Shown here: in pieces, positions 10,559-21,596 of the stretch | How positions within the stretch are numbered: position 1 is the stretch's first letter | How the letters are laid out: each line of letters starts with the position of its first letter | Origin: a virus | UHGV virus genome: UHGV-0062059 | DNA: 39,873 nt | Direction: 5' to 3' (one strand) | The notes under the pieces: model-generated | Database searches by the model: none | What the model was told of the DNA's origin: nothing | The model's input: only the letters and a program-made list of their open reading frames with translations | Position numbers and translations under genes: made by a program

Positions 10559-11976
10559 TACTCAATCCTTATCTGGCAGCCTGACAGAGTGACAGGTGAC
10601 TTCGTGATAACGCGCAATTTGAAGCCGACATTTTTCCTGATGCGCCCGACACGCTTCCACAAAACACGTTTGTCGTAAACGAAAGGTTCATTCTGCTCAA
10701 TCATCTGCTCACGACCGTAATTTATGCCGTCAGTGGTTGCAGAGAGAAAAAGGAGGTCAGCGTACTGAGCAACACCAGTCGATGATTCCACCTCCAGATC
10801 AAAGCATCTGGCGTTATCTGCTTTGAAGAGTGGAGTAAACAGCAGGTGTTCCTGCTGCTTGTCGTACTGGCTGCTGATATCGAACTGCAATTTCCCTGTC
10901 ATCGATTCAAGCTTATCGCCGCACGTAATTTGGTTGCCTTCGTAAATGAAGTCGATAGCGCGGTACACATCGTCATACAGGCCTGTTTTCAGTACACACC
11001 ATTGCGGACCATTGGCGCTTGAAGATGCGTCGTATACGAGGACGTGGCGCGGCAGGGGAATAATCAGCAACTCATGAGCATCAAACCGCAACGATTCCAT
11101 CACGCCATCAGCCAGTTCATCAGCAGTGTAGGAGCGGAGAATTTTCTCAATGCTCGCGCTGGCGATTGGTGATACCTGACCGGAACCGATGATGTACACA
11201 GACGGCGCACCTGTTGCCGGATTGCTGATGAACGCATACGAGTCAGCAAACGGCGTTTTGCAGTAGGTTCCGGCGATGCCTTTTTGCACCATCAGCGATG
11301 GCTGCGCGACATACAAAGCAGCACCAACGGTAGTTGCGCCTGTCAGGGAGAAATATTCAATCGTCGATGAACCAAAGCAGACGATGAAGTCTCGCCATGT
11401 TCCGATACCGATGATGCCGTCCGGCTGAGACTCGGCACGATATTGTGCGCTGTAGCGGTCAGGATGCGATTCGTCTTCAAGGTCAGTGATAAACCATGAA
11501 TCGGTGCCGTCTTTTGACCACGCATAACGCCCACGTAAGCGTGTAATATCGCGGACTGAACCTAACTCATACTGCGTGAATCCGCTGTATGTAGGCCAGT
11601 TTGAGACGGTTTTAACCGTGCCATCATAACGATACTCGACCAGTTGACCATTAACGCCTACAGCCTGTGATGTCCGACCATGTGCCATTGATACGCGACC
11701 ACTTCCGGTAACGTCACCGACTTCACTTTCGCCTTTGTAGAGCTTGCCACCACACACGCGATAAACAGCATTCTGCGCCATGTTGAACTCGACACCGCGC
11801 GATACACCATTCACATCAGAACGTTTGGCAATGCCCGGGAATGAGCGAAGATATCCGCTGCTGTTAAGGATTTCTTTTGGTGTAGCCAGCATATTCACTG
11901 GCAGATAGTCGATATAGTCGGCGTTTCGAAAGTCTTTGCCGACACCTTTCATAAGCGGAAGTTGCTGAATCGGCAT
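10558..11976 (-). CDS. gp10: Tail hub protein, P22 gp10-like
   Basis: 472 aa, same length as P22 gp10; synteny. Confidence 0.9.
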   Translation of the reverse strand: MPIQQLPLMKGVGKDFRNADYIDYLPVNMLATPKEILNSSGYLRSFPGIAKRSDVNGVSRGVEFNMAQNAVYRVCGGKLYKGESEVGDVTGSGRVSMAHGRTSQAVGVNGQLVEYRYDGTVKTVSNWPTYSGFTQYELGSVRDITRLRGRYAWSKDGTDSWFITDLEDESHPDRYSAQYRAESQPDGIIGIGTWRDFIVCFGSSTIEYFSLTGATTVGAALYVAQPSLMVQKGIAGTYCKTPFADSYAFISNPATGAPSVYIIGSGQVSPIASASIEKILRSYTADELADGVMESLRFDAHELLIIPLPRHVLVYDASSSANGPQWCVLKTGLYDDVYRAIDFIYEGNQITCGDKLESMTGKLQFDISSQYDKQQEHLLFTPLFKADNARCFDLEVESSTGVAQYADLLFLSATTDGINYGREQMIEQNEPFVYDKRVLWKRVGRIRKNVGFKLRVITKSPVTLSGCQIRIE

Positions 11977-11985
11977 TTATTCACC

Positions 11986-12447
11986 TCACGTACTCGGATC
12001 ATCTTTCTCGATGTAAAACCGATTCCACGTAAACGCGCTTTTGTTACCACTACCGCGAGGCATGTCATTTCGCCGCTCAAGTGGTGGTATTTTGGTTAAA
12101 GCGATGCAGATTGTTTGATATGCACTGTCAGCAGCGGTAAGGAGAGCGTCTGACGGCTGAATGACGTTATCCATGCACACTTGCACAGCGAGTTTCAAAG
12201 CGACACCATCATTTGCCCATGCGGGGATACCTGAATCATCGTCAGGTAACGGCATGATGCCGTTTTCTGTATCAGCAAACTGATACCCAAGCTCGATACC
12301 TTTCGCCTGCCATGCTGCCATCATGTCTTCGAGGTCATTAATGGCATCTTCAATTGCCTGAGGGTCAGCATCTGTCAACGTGGCATTGGAATACAGCCCG
12401 GCTTTTCGTAAAGCCTTTAGAACGAGATCACCCTTCGTTTTCGCCAT
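11986..12447 (-). CDS. gp4: Tail adaptor / head completion protein, P22 gp4-like
   Basis: 153 aa; synteny; RBS present. Confidence 0.85.
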   Translation of the reverse strand: MAKTKGDLVLKALRKAGLYSNATLTDADPQAIEDAINDLEDMMAAWQAKGIELGYQFADTENGIMPLPDDDSGIPAWANDGVALKLAVQVCMDNVIQPSDALLTAADSAYQTICIALTKIPPLERRNDMPRGSGNKSAFTWNRFYIEKDDPST

Positions 12448-12616
12448 CTTCTTCCGCCTTAGCCACTTTTTGCTTCGTTGCGGTTTCTTCAGGAGTTTTT
12501 ACCCAACCTTTTTTCAGGTGAGATTTAACTTCTTCGTCATCAACAATGATGTAATCGACAGCAAACTGACCACAGGTGATCATGTTGCCCGGCTTATAGA
12601 GCATTGTTCGTGCCAT
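12428..12616 (-). CDS. Small hypothetical protein between coat and gp4 (62 aa)
   Basis: RBS GGGAG 6 nt upstream of ATG at 12616; preceded by a hairpin attenuator just after the coat stop. Confidence 0.5.
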   Translation of the reverse strand: MARTMLYKPGNMITCGQFAVDYIIVDDEEVKSHLKKGWVKTPEETATKQKVAKAEEDGENEG

Positions 12617-12657
12617 TGTCTTCTCCCAATAAAAATGGGGACGAAGCCCCACCAAAA

Positions 12658-13911
12658 TTACTGCCCGGCAATAACGATGCCCGTATATTCAGGAACAAGT
12701 ACAGAGCAACCGTACAGAGTGGTGAAACGCGCAGTGGTTACGCCTTTGATGTGGTCGAAGGCGTAAGACATGATCAGCGTAGCGCCCTGCTCGGTGGTTG
12801 CCGTCATTACCTGTGGACCCTGACCAGTCGGGAACGCCAGTTTGCCGTACATCAGCTCAACAGAACCATCAGCCCAGAACAGGTTAGCAGGTGCTGCGTT
12901 CTTGTTGAGAATGGTGATTGCTGCTGATTCTGCCGGTTTGGCATCGACGTTTGCATATGGACGACTCGCAACATCGGTATTTTCAACAGGGAGAATCTTT
13001 GGAGAGATTGTTACGGTAGTTCCGCTAACAGCCAGAACACGGAATACCTGCGGTTGCCCGGTGGTATCTTTTGTGATCTGGTGTACGGAATTCACACCGG
13101 CAATGGTGAACGCATCACCAACCTGCAAGCCAGATGCAGATACCGTAATAGTCCCCTGTCGGTTATCAACTGGCATACCATTTGAATCTTTCGCTTCAAC
13201 CTTGTGTTCAGGTTGGCCTGATACTGTCAAGGATTCAGCGCTTCCTTTCGGTAATCGACCAGAAATATCGGTCTTGTAGCTATCAAAGGAAGCAACCGGA
13301 GGGATCTGCGCTTTTTCGTATGCTGTCAGGGTTGCGCCCTGAGCATAGGCACGGTGACCAAGCTCGCCAGCAAGGTCTTTGTAGTTGAAGGGGTTCCAGA
13401 AAGAGCGACGGTTGATACCCTGAGGTACACCAATCGCCGTCATGGTGGCATCAATACCTGCCGCACAGTTCCACAAATCACGGCCCTGTGTACCTGTGGT
13501 TGAGTCAGCCATCGTGATCACGTTAGTAGCACGCTGCGTGACCATGGAAATCAGGTCAGAGTCAATCTGTGCAGCAAGGCGCATACCTGCGGCGCGACCA
13601 GCTTCAGTTTTATGCTCAGGGTCACGCATTTCACGCGCATCCAGAGTGTACAGAATGTTTTTCGGCTCCTTGAACACTGAAGGAACAAGGCGCTGAACCA
13701 GTGCTGTTGGCGTTTTGCTGCTGAGATCGAGGCCTTCCTCAATGTTCATGTGGTAATGCTGCGGACGATACAGAACATCACCTGCTCGCTGCATTGCTGT
13801 ATCACCGGGACGGAATTTTTTAGCGTTACGGGAAACTACGCAGGCGGCCTCAAATCCTTCAACGTAGTTTTCGAACATGATTTCAAGGTCTTTTGCTAAT
13901 TGGTTAGCCAT
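12658..13911 (-). CDS. gp5: Major capsid (coat) protein, P22 gp5 / Sf6-like
   Basis: 417 aa; position after scaffold. Confidence 0.9.
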   Translation of the reverse strand: MANQLAKDLEIMFENYVEGFEAACVVSRNAKKFRPGDTAMQRAGDVLYRPQHYHMNIEEGLDLSSKTPTALVQRLVPSVFKEPKNILYTLDAREMRDPEHKTEAGRAAGMRLAAQIDSDLISMVTQRATNVITMADSTTGTQGRDLWNCAAGIDATMTAIGVPQGINRRSFWNPFNYKDLAGELGHRAYAQGATLTAYEKAQIPPVASFDSYKTDISGRLPKGSAESLTVSGQPEHKVEAKDSNGMPVDNRQGTITVSASGLQVGDAFTIAGVNSVHQITKDTTGQPQVFRVLAVSGTTVTISPKILPVENTDVASRPYANVDAKPAESAAITILNKNAAPANLFWADGSVELMYGKLAFPTGQGPQVMTATTEQGATLIMSYAFDHIKGVTTARFTTLYGCSVLVPEYTGIVIAGQ

Positions 13912-13929
13912 GCTTAATGCTCCGATAGG

Positions 13930-14823
13930 TTATTTTTTTGCCTTTTTAGCGGCGAAATACGGCGTCCAGTCACCAGTTTCCAGCGCCTTGGCTTTCAGTT
14001 TGTCGAGGTTGTTGATTACTGCGCCGTTGCTCCACTTAACTGTCGGGGTTGTGGCTGCCGTGGTTTTTGCTTTTGGCATGATTCTGGCCTTCGATTCGAT
14101 ACGTTCCAGCAGACGACCAATTGCTACGGGGTTGGTAGCTTCTGCCAGTTGCTTGCGCAGTTCAGCGTTGCGACCGAGTGCCAGAACAACGATTTCCGGC
14201 TTCTCTGACTCAAACAAGATCGCGTTTTGTGTCTCGATGGGGATTTCCTCGAGTACGGCCTGCTCAGCTTCCTGATAGCCAGGAACTTTGAGAGCCTTAA
14301 CACGTTGCTGATATTTGGATAATCGCTCTTGATAGGCAGCCTGAAGCTCCTGCTCCTTCTGCTTGCGAGCCATCTCCTGTTGCTGGTACTTGCCGTTATC
14401 CTCTGCCCACTTAGCCATGCGTTGCTGGTAGATTTCTTCATCGAAACCGATGTCCTCATCATCCAGTTTTGGCATTCGCGGTGGTTGAGTGATTACCGAC
14501 TGCTGCTCGACGGGTTTCTGGGACTGACGCATCAGCTCTTTCAGCTCACGGTCTTTCTCTTTAATCGTCTTGCGCAGGTGTTTTACCAGTCCATGCTCTG
14601 CGCCATCTTCGCTGGTTGGCGAATCCAGCTTTTCGTCACCAAAGTAGAATTCCTGTTCTGATTCGTCGTCATCAGTTTCAGTAGCTTCCTCTGCATCATT
14701 GCCGGAGGACTCACTGCCATCTTCTGTTTCGACTTCTTCAGCCAGTTCGGCATCATCAGGAATCTGCTCTGACGCGTCGGTTTCGATTTCAACTTCTGGT
14801 GTGTTTTCTGCCATCTGGTCCAT
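13930..14823 (-). CDS. gp8: Scaffolding protein, P22 gp8-like
   Basis: 297 aa; highly acidic N-terminus, charged helical; lies between portal and coat. Confidence 0.85.
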   Translation of the reverse strand: MDQMAENTPEVEIETDASEQIPDDAELAEEVETEDGSESSGNDAEEATETDDDESEQEFYFGDEKLDSPTSEDGAEHGLVKHLRKTIKEKDRELKELMRQSQKPVEQQSVITQPPRMPKLDDEDIGFDEEIYQQRMAKWAEDNGKYQQQEMARKQKEQELQAAYQERLSKYQQRVKALKVPGYQEAEQAVLEEIPIETQNAILFESEKPEIVVLALGRNAELRKQLAEATNPVAIGRLLERIESKARIMPKAKTTAATTPTVKWSNGAVINNLDKLKAKALETGDWTPYFAAKKAKK

Positions 14824-14913
14824 TTGTTACCCCTGTTTACTCGATGTTCAGCCCATCGGAAGGCAATAGGGTGCCAGGCCTCATAAAGACAGCCATTGCA
14901 CGTTATGGGTTAA

Positions 14914-17112
14914 TTACTGCTGTGGTTGTTGCTGAGTTGATTTTTGCAGGATGCTGCTGATGTCCATGCGCTGCGCATGGCCCTGTGCCTGACTTTTCAG
15001 GACAAGCTCTGCATCAGCACGGGCATTGTCTCCTTGCTGTTGCTGGAACTGTCCGAGCAGTTTCAGAGCCTCGCGGATATCAGATTTCTGCTGGCTATCG
15101 GCAGATGCGAGGATTTTCACAACATTTGCCGCTGCAACCTGAGCATCAGTCTGTGCCTGGAATGCTTTAACCTGAATGGCTGCCTGCTCGTTCTGCGCTT
15201 TCTGCAATTCAGCCTGACCAGCAAGAAGCTGACCTTGCGCAGCAACCATAGCCGGATCTGGCTGACTGGCCTGTTGTTGTTTCGCCTGCTCAACCATCTG
15301 CTGTTCTTCTGGCGTTCTCGGCTTGATAACTCCAGACAGAAGCAACTGATTGCGGTTGTATTCTTTAAGGTCGTCCATCCCTTCGCCGTCCATATTGTCG
15401 AGGATCATCGACGATACAAGGTCGTGTTTCGGCGTTCCGGGCGGGATAAGTGCCAGCATGGAAAGTAACGACTTAACCGTTGCGTCACGGCGAGTAGCGA
15501 ACGACTGACCGACATCGACAGTCACTTCATAGTTACCCTGCGAAAGGTCGTTAAGCGCGATAACCTGCCCTGTCTGACGGTCAACCACTTCACCAGTCAT
15601 CAGCGCCACGTCATCGCTGCCATCCTCATTAACGATGCGCATTGGCGTATCGCTGCCATAGACTTCACGAGCCATAGAAAGCCACACGACGCCAGCACGG
15701 CGCATGGATTTAGCCATGTTGTCCATGTAGATATAGGACTGCGTGTCCATCCGGTTAAAGATGCTATCAACGGTATCGGTGGCGACGTTGCTCGGCATGT
15801 TCTCAAGCTGCGACGCACCTGTAATTTGCTGAATAGCCGTTCCGGTGTACTGCAATAGCCCGGCAAGAGCTGGAGGCATTTGTGTCGGAGGCGTATAACT
15901 GCTGACCTGAGCCTGCGCAGTAATATCTCCGTTTTTGTTTTTCAGACTGACCATCGGCAGGAACGCCGGGCGCTTTTTGTTGCGCTCCGCCCAATGAGTG
16001 GCGAGAGGACCAGGAATCATGTCAACATCAACTACAGGAATGCCATCACCGCCAGCCTGAGTAGCGTTATCTGCAATCATGGAAACCATCAGGTTCTCAA
16101 GACGCTGTGCATCCATCGCTTTTGCTGCGTGGCCTTCGATTCGCTCCTGATTATCAACAAATGAACGACGCCCATATACCGGGATGAGAGGAATATGTTC
16201 GCCCGGAATACGCTTCGGTTCTTCCAGCCATTCAGCGCCAGACAGAAGACCGCAATAAACTCGGCGTTTCTTCACTGTCCGCTCACCAATCAGTTCGAAT
16301 GCACCATCGGTCAGCTCGTCGACAATATCTTTGATTTGCTCTTCATCATAGATTGCCGTTTCTCCGCTAACAGGGTTACGCCATGCTGTGAGCTTCACCT
16401 TCTCTATGCGAACTTCGTAGTAGCGACCAACATAGATAGCATCAGGAGTTGACCAGTCATATTGAGTGCCAGTGTCATCACGAGAAAGACTTGCCGCGAT
16501 GGAATCAGGGTATTCAGCCTCGAACGCTTTAGGCGTCATGGAGAACATTTCCATAGCCCACATAGCATCAGAGCGGTCATATTGCTTGCTGTCCTGATCG
16601 AAGAAGACGCATGTCGCTGGGTCGTAAACCGGGAGAAGGCTTATACGGCGTTGCTCGTTACTCGGATCCATTTCATCTTCGTAATCGGCACACATGCGGA
16701 AACAACCGAATCCGCCCGTTACAGCATCATCAAATGCGTTATCACACGCTTCGCCACCGGATGTTTCCTGATAGTCAGCGCGGAATTTTCCGTTCATCTT
16801 TTCGGCTAACGCTTCCGATGCCTTATCGTCCTTCGGTCTGAATTTAACGCTGATGCGATTCTGTCGATACTCGCCAATGATGCGATCACATTCACGGGCA
16901 ATCTTATTCAGTTCAAAACGCGGATAATGCTCAAACCTGCCTTCATCAAATGAGTAACCAGCGTTTGTGCTGCCTTCCCACTGTGCGCCGGACACCCGGA
17001 CGAAACGTTGAGCCTCAATAATCTGCTCACGCATATCCTGCGTTGCTGACCAGGCATTATCAAAGTTGCACAGCACCTTGCGATGCCAGTCAGTCATCTT
17101 TTTTTCTGCCAT
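14914..17112 (-). CDS. gp1: Portal protein, P22 gp1-like
   Basis: 732 aa; Gln-rich C-terminal barrel-like tail; synteny after terL. Confidence 0.9.
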   Translation of the reverse strand: MAEKKMTDWHRKVLCNFDNAWSATQDMREQIIEAQRFVRVSGAQWEGSTNAGYSFDEGRFEHYPRFELNKIARECDRIIGEYRQNRISVKFRPKDDKASEALAEKMNGKFRADYQETSGGEACDNAFDDAVTGGFGCFRMCADYEDEMDPSNEQRRISLLPVYDPATCVFFDQDSKQYDRSDAMWAMEMFSMTPKAFEAEYPDSIAASLSRDDTGTQYDWSTPDAIYVGRYYEVRIEKVKLTAWRNPVSGETAIYDEEQIKDIVDELTDGAFELIGERTVKKRRVYCGLLSGAEWLEEPKRIPGEHIPLIPVYGRRSFVDNQERIEGHAAKAMDAQRLENLMVSMIADNATQAGGDGIPVVDVDMIPGPLATHWAERNKKRPAFLPMVSLKNKNGDITAQAQVSSYTPPTQMPPALAGLLQYTGTAIQQITGASQLENMPSNVATDTVDSIFNRMDTQSYIYMDNMAKSMRRAGVVWLSMAREVYGSDTPMRIVNEDGSDDVALMTGEVVDRQTGQVIALNDLSQGNYEVTVDVGQSFATRRDATVKSLLSMLALIPPGTPKHDLVSSMILDNMDGEGMDDLKEYNRNQLLLSGVIKPRTPEEQQMVEQAKQQQASQPDPAMVAAQGQLLAGQAELQKAQNEQAAIQVKAFQAQTDAQVAAANVVKILASADSQQKSDIREALKLLGQFQQQQGDNARADAELVLKSQAQGHAQRMDISSILQKSTQQQPQQ

Positions 17113-17113
17113 A

Positions 17114-18529
17114 TCAACCTACACCACAAGGAATTGAGTAACTGGAATAGTCGGGTTGCGCAGCCGACTCCGGGCAATGCATACACATCATCAGTGCATC
17201 AGCCAGGTTAGGAGATGGAATACCGAGCTTCTGCTTCATTTCGACCTTAGTCATTAGCTCCAGCTTCCCGTTGTTATTGAATTTGCGCTGAATCTGCGTC
17301 AGTTCTGCAAACAGCTTCTCCAGCATCTTCTCGCCTATCGCTTCTTTGTCGAAGCTCAGCATGTCGTCGGGGTCTGCATACTCACCGTGGACAACCGCCC
17401 GATATGTCAGATACAGCCTGTCAGCCAGTGCGTAATAGAATTGCGCTCGCTTATTGCGGAATACATCGCAAATAGTGCGAACGTTGTCGCCCTGCACGAC
17501 TTCATCAGCCCATGCTCCGGCCTGATATGGTGCATCTTCATCAAATGGCGATTCGCTGCCCTTGAACATCGTAGCGGTGATTTTCTTACCGGAGAATGCT
17601 TCCGTTGTCTGTCTGCGTAGCCCTGCACCAACGCCATCGCCATCCCACAAGTAGTGGTCAGCGCCGTCTTCAATCGCCAGCGAAGTTGCCCAGTCAGCAC
17701 CTTCATTGATGTCCATCAGCAGACCTTCGGCAATGCGCTTAACTACCGAACCGTGGCGCGATGCATAACCTTTAGCATCCGGTCCTGTATCTGACGGGTC
17801 GTGCGCAGAGACAACCGCACCTTTCGCTTTCCATCCGAGTTTCTTGTGCGCATCGGTAGCAGCTTCAAGCCATTCACGTTTGATGATTGCCATATCACTT
17901 GCGCTTACTGGCTCACCAAGCCAGATGTGACGATACAGTGTCGGGTTTCTGCGTTTACACTCTTCCATCTCCAGACGGAGAACTTCAGGAAAGTGCGGGT
18001 TGTCGGTGTAGTTCACCGTCAGCAGACAAATATCATCGGGAGGGTTTACTACGAATCGCTGATAGGTATCGTCGAGGATGTTTTTCGGGTTAAAGCTCAC
18101 CCATATTTCGGAAAACGGCTTGCGAATGGTTGGTATCAGAATATCCCACGATTCCTTCGTTACCGCCTCCGCTTCTTCCACCCAGCAGATATCAATACCT
18201 TCGAGCGATTTAATCTTCGTAGGGTTGTTTTTGATGCCGTAGAACATGAACTCAGCATTCGTTCCGAGATGACGAATCATTGAACGCTGAATTTCAAACT
18301 CAGCCGAATACCCTTCACGCTCGATGGTATCTTCAAGCAACCGGATTACCGAATCGCTGATACTGTTTTGCAGTTCACGAGCGCAGAGTATGCGCACAAG
18401 CTGCCGACGCGCCGCTTCAACAAGCAGCCTCGCAATTGCCCATGACTTACCGCTACCTCGACCGCCTTTGGCGACTTTGTAGCGATGCGCCTCAATGAAC
18501 GGTTCAAAGATAGGATTAATCGAGGTCAT
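17114..18529 (-). CDS. terL: Terminase large subunit
   Basis: 471 aa; Walker A-like KGGRGSGKS near N-terminus. Confidence 0.9.
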   Translation of the reverse strand: MTSINPIFEPFIEAHRYKVAKGGRGSGKSWAIARLLVEAARRQLVRILCARELQNSISDSVIRLLEDTIEREGYSAEFEIQRSMIRHLGTNAEFMFYGIKNNPTKIKSLEGIDICWVEEAEAVTKESWDILIPTIRKPFSEIWVSFNPKNILDDTYQRFVVNPPDDICLLTVNYTDNPHFPEVLRLEMEECKRRNPTLYRHIWLGEPVSASDMAIIKREWLEAATDAHKKLGWKAKGAVVSAHDPSDTGPDAKGYASRHGSVVKRIAEGLLMDINEGADWATSLAIEDGADHYLWDGDGVGAGLRRQTTEAFSGKKITATMFKGSESPFDEDAPYQAGAWADEVVQGDNVRTICDVFRNKRAQFYYALADRLYLTYRAVVHGEYADPDDMLSFDKEAIGEKMLEKLFAELTQIQRKFNNNGKLELMTKVEMKQKLGIPSPNLADALMMCMHCPESAAQPDYSSYSIPCGVG

Positions 18530-18948
18530 TTTCCGAATAGAGTGCTCATCGGTGATGTTTCAATCTGGATTGCGCCGCCGTCTTTGCCGACAAGCTCGTT
18601 AGTTACCTTGTCGCCATACTTACGGGGATTCATTCGGGCCAGCGCCCATTTGCGGGTATCAACGCGAAGTCTTGCCTTTGCCACCTCAGCAGCATCTGGA
18701 ATCGCATTGTCAGCAATTTCGAATATCTCTTCGAAAATAGAATCAGCTCGTGCCTCAGTTGCCTTCGCGTACTTGTCGCGAAAATCCTCATGCTTTGCCA
18801 ACCAGCGGAAAACAGTGGACTTATCCGGCATGCCAGGACGCTTACATACTTTCAGCAAACTTTCGCCAGAAGAAAGCAACGAGCAGATATCGTCAGCCAC
18901 CTCCGGCATATAATCAGAGGGGCGACCAGCTTTTGGTTCAGTCGCCAT
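18526..18948 (-). CDS. terS: Terminase small subunit (Sf6 gp1-like)
   Basis: 140 aa; matches the Sf6-type small terminase as recalled; ATGA overlap with terL. Confidence 0.85.
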   Translation of the reverse strand: MATEPKAGRPSDYMPEVADDICSLLSSGESLLKVCKRPGMPDKSTVFRWLAKHEDFRDKYAKATEARADSIFEEIFEIADNAIPDAAEVAKARLRVDTRKWALARMNPRKYGDKVTNELVGKDGGAIQIETSPMSTLFGK

Positions 18949-18971
18949 ATTTATCTCACTTAATTGTCATT

Positions 18972-19151
18972 TCAGGTTGAGGATTCTTTCGCGCCTTCAA
19001 TCAGTGACTGCTTCAGCAATTCGAGTGTGCCAATCGCCTCGCATAAACTGATTTCACCATCGTAATCATGGATGACGCTTTCCAGCCGCTTGTATAGCTC
19101 TTGAGTAATTGGGAATTTCTTCTCCTTACCCAAATTGATTACGCGGCTCAC
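18972..19151 (-). CDS. Possible small ORF (59 aa, GTG start) between orf80 and terS
   Basis: GGAG RBS 7 nt upstream of GTG; below the ORF-track cutoff; found by manual translation. Confidence 0.3.
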   Translation of the reverse strand: MSRVINLGKEKKFPITQELYKRLESVIHDYDGEISLCEAIGTLELLKQSLIEGAKESST

Positions 19152-19152
19152 A

Positions 19153-19395
19153 TCATGCTCCGGTAGTGAACAGGTCTAACGCTTCCTTCGATTTACGCAC
19201 CGCTTCGATAGTGCGGGTCGTGATATCTGAATTAGCGCCGCCTGACTGGAAGTGAATTTTGAATAGCTCAAGCTTCAGTTCGTCAGTGCCAATGAATTGA
19301 AATGCTTCCTCCGCGGCTGCGTTCTGGTTCATGACCAGTTTGTAAATCTCTAACTGGAATTTCTGTTCTTCAGTCATGGGAATAATCTCTGCCAT
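19153..19395 (-). CDS. Hypothetical protein (P22 orf80-like position)
   Basis: 80 aa; good RBS (GGAG); upstream of terS as in P22. Confidence 0.6.
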   Translation of the reverse strand: MAEIIPMTEEQKFQLEIYKLVMNQNAAAEEAFQFIGTDELKLELFKIHFQSGGANSDITTRTIEAVRKSKEALDLFTTGA

Positions 19396-19622
19396 TGTTG
19401 GCTCCGTTTATCCGTTAAAAGGGATATCAGTTAAGTTATCCCGTGTAGGGTATAAGCCATTGTCGAGACCACTCATTGAATGGCCTCTGCAATAACCGAT
19501 GTCTTTCCATCAGTCCGCCACCACAAAGAATCTTTTTTGCCATAAGGCAGGAGGTTCATCTTTCAGTGGCTGCCAGTGTTATTTCCCCACTTACTGGCTT
19601 GGGTTGCTTCGTGGTACTGCTG

Positions 19623-20165
19623 TTAATTAGTGAGTCCGGGGATTACGGTTTGCCCGTGCTGTTCAAGGCGTTCAATTCTCGCCAGTAGCTGAGGCTTCTT
19701 AATTTTTCCCCAGCGATTGAGCAGGCGACCTGACATGCTGGCAGCATCCTTCTCTTTCATGTACTCCAGCATTACGGCATTTCTCTCTTCTTCAAATTGA
19801 CGATGACCAACCTGAAGCATGGCGTACATCCAGTTAAATGCGTTGATGTAAGCAATTTTGATACGCATTGCTTCTTTTTTGGTGTAGGACATAACCAAAA
19901 GCATCAACCCATCCTTGCGGAGACGGTAGAATTTTTGCGGCTTACCATTCTGTAACTCATTGTTTTTATAGCAAACCTCAAAATTGAGTTTTGTATCAAA
20001 CTCTTCAGGACAAGCAGCGATAGTCCTTTCTACATCACGCACAACGTTGTCATGTCGCTTACGAAATGCTTTCGCCACCATAAATGAATCGGTGACAGGG
20101 TCATTGTTGGTAATAAAAACCAGTTCTTTGAAATCAATGCCGTCAACGATAGTTGGATAATTCAT
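19623..20165 (-). CDS. rha: Rha family phage regulatory protein
   Basis: 180 aa; Rha-type motif (FRKRHDNVVRDVER); same position as P22 rha (between lysis genes and gene 3). Confidence 0.8.
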   Translation of the reverse strand: MNYPTIVDGIDFKELVFITNNDPVTDSFMVAKAFRKRHDNVVRDVERTIAACPEEFDTKLNFEVCYKNNELQNGKPQKFYRLRKDGLMLLVMSYTKKEAMRIKIAYINAFNWMYAMLQVGHRQFEEERNAVMLEYMKEKDAASMSGRLLNRWGKIKKPQLLARIERLEQHGQTVIPGLTN

Positions 20166-20310
20166 CGGTAATTACCTTTTAGTGATGAACCTTGTCACAC
20201 AGGATTCCGGCCCACAGAAAGGCACCGATAACCAAACCGGCATCCTCAAGGGTCATCCTGAAAGGCTCTGTGTTCATAAGTCGCGCGTGTGAAGCGCATT
20301 TACTGAGGAC

Positions 20311-20336
20311 ATAAAAAAGCCCCGCTTCTGCGAGGC
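20311..20336 (-). terminator. Rho-independent terminator downstream of Rz
   Basis: Minus strand GCCTCGC-agaa-GCGGGGC followed by TTTTTTAT. Confidence 0.55.
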
Positions 20337-20378
20337 ATTTTCCTGAAAGTCACTTGTTAAATTTCAGTGAAGTTAAAA

Positions 20379-20816
20379 TTATTTTAAGCATTGCGTCCTG
20401 ATGTACTCCTGCAGGTAGTTAACCTGCGCGGTTATCCTGTCGATTCCACTTCGGAGACGGTAATAATTGAGTTCAGCATCTGCTGTAAGTCTTGGGCTTT
20501 CTCCATCGCCCATGCTGCTGGCTCCGGTCGTTGACTTTGCACAGGTGGCGGCGACTTGCAGGCGCTTACGACCAGCAGAAACATCAGCACGGAGACTTTC
20601 GATAGTCGCGTTAGCATCAGCAAGCTCCTTTGTGTATCTGGCGTCGAGTTCTGCTACATCACGTTGACGCTTCTGCATATCAGCGATGATGGATGTGGCC
20701 TTATCGCGCTGCTCTTTGTAGGCGATGGCGTTATCACGGTAATGATTAACAGCCCATGACAGGCAGACGATGATGCAAATAACCAGAGCGGAGATAATCG
20801 CGGTTACTCTGCTCAT
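20379..20816 (-). CDS. Rz: Rz i-spanin
   Basis: 145 aa; N-terminal TM segment; close to lambda Rz; overlaps R stop. Confidence 0.9.
   Translation of the reverse strand: MSRVTAIISALVICIIVCLSWAVNHYRDNAIAYKEQRDKATSIIADMQKRQRDVAELDARYTKELADANATIESLRADVSAGRKRLQVAATCAKSTTGASSMGDGESPRLTADAELNYYRLRSGIDRITAQVNYLQEYIRTQCLK
20432..20623 (-). CDS. Rz1: Rz1 o-spanin lipoprotein (embedded in Rz, +1 frame)
   Basis: Signal peptide with lipobox VSAC; Pro-rich mature region; fully embedded in Rz. Confidence 0.8.
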   Translation of the reverse strand: MLMLTRLSKVSVLMFLLVVSACKSPPPVQSQRPEPAAWAMEKAQDLQQMLNSIITVSEVESTG

Positions 20817-21289
20817 ACCTCAATCTCTCTGACCGTTCCGCCTGCTTCTTTGAATTTTGCAATCAGGCTGTCAGCCTTATGCTCGAACTGACCATAACCA
20901 GCGCCCGGCAGCGAAGCCCAGATATTGCTGCAACGGTCGATTGCCTGACGGATATCACCGCGATCAATCATCGGTAAAGCGCCACGCTCCTTAATCTGCT
21001 GCAATGCCACAGCGTCCTGGCTTTTGGGAGAGAAGTCTTTCAGGCCAAGCTGCTTACGGTAGGCATCCCACCAACGGGAAAGAAGCTGGTAACGTCCGGC
21101 TGCTGTTGATTTGAGTTTTGGGTTTAGCGTGACAAGTTTGCGAGGGTGATCGGAGTAATCAGTGAATAGCTCTCCCCCTACAATGACGTCATAACCATTA
21201 TTTCTGGTTTTCTGACGTCCGTTATCAGTTCCCTCTGACCACGCCAGCATATCGAGGAACGCCTTACGTTGATTATTGATTTCCACCAT
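20813..21289 (-). CDS. R: Endolysin, lambda R-type lytic transglycosylase
   Basis: 158 aa, near-identical to lambda R as recalled ([26 protein letters not shown]...). Confidence 0.95.
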   Translation of the reverse strand: MVEINNQRKAFLDMLAWSEGTDNGRQKTRNNGYDVIVGGELFTDYSDHPRKLVTLNPKLKSTAAGRYQLLSRWWDAYRKQLGLKDFSPKSQDAVALQQIKERGALPMIDRGDIRQAIDRCSNIWASLPGAGYGQFEHKADSLIAKFKEAGGTVREIEV

Positions 21290-21596
21290 CTTCTACTCCG
21301 GCTTTTTTAGCAGCGAAGCGTTTGATAAGCGAACCAATCGAGTCAGTACCGATGTAGCCGATAAACACGCTCGTTATATAAGCGAGATTGCTACTTAGTC
21401 CGGCGAAGTCGAGAAGGTCACGAATGAACCAGGCGATAATGGCGCACATCGTTGCGTCGATTACTGTTTTTGTAAACGCACCGCCATTATATCTGCCGCG
21501 AAGGTACGCCATTGCAAACGCAAGGATTGCCCCGATGCCTTGTTCCTTTGCCGCGAGAATGGCGGCTAACAGGTCATGTTTTTCTGGCATCTTCAT
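21273..21596 (-). CDS. S: Holin/antiholin, lambda S-type (dual start MKM)
   Basis: 107 aa, near-identical to lambda S107 ([22 protein letters not shown]...). Confidence 0.95.
   Translation of the reverse strand: MKMPEKHDLLAAILAAKEQGIGAILAFAMAYLRGRYNGGAFTKTVIDATMCAIIAWFIRDLLDFAGLSSNLAYITSVFIGYIGTDSIGSLIKRFAAKKAGVEDGGNQ

Noticed and set aside
12842..13279. 145-aa + strand ORF
   Set aside because: Antisense to the coat gene.
14944..15468. 174-aa + strand ORF
   Set aside because: Antisense to the portal gene.
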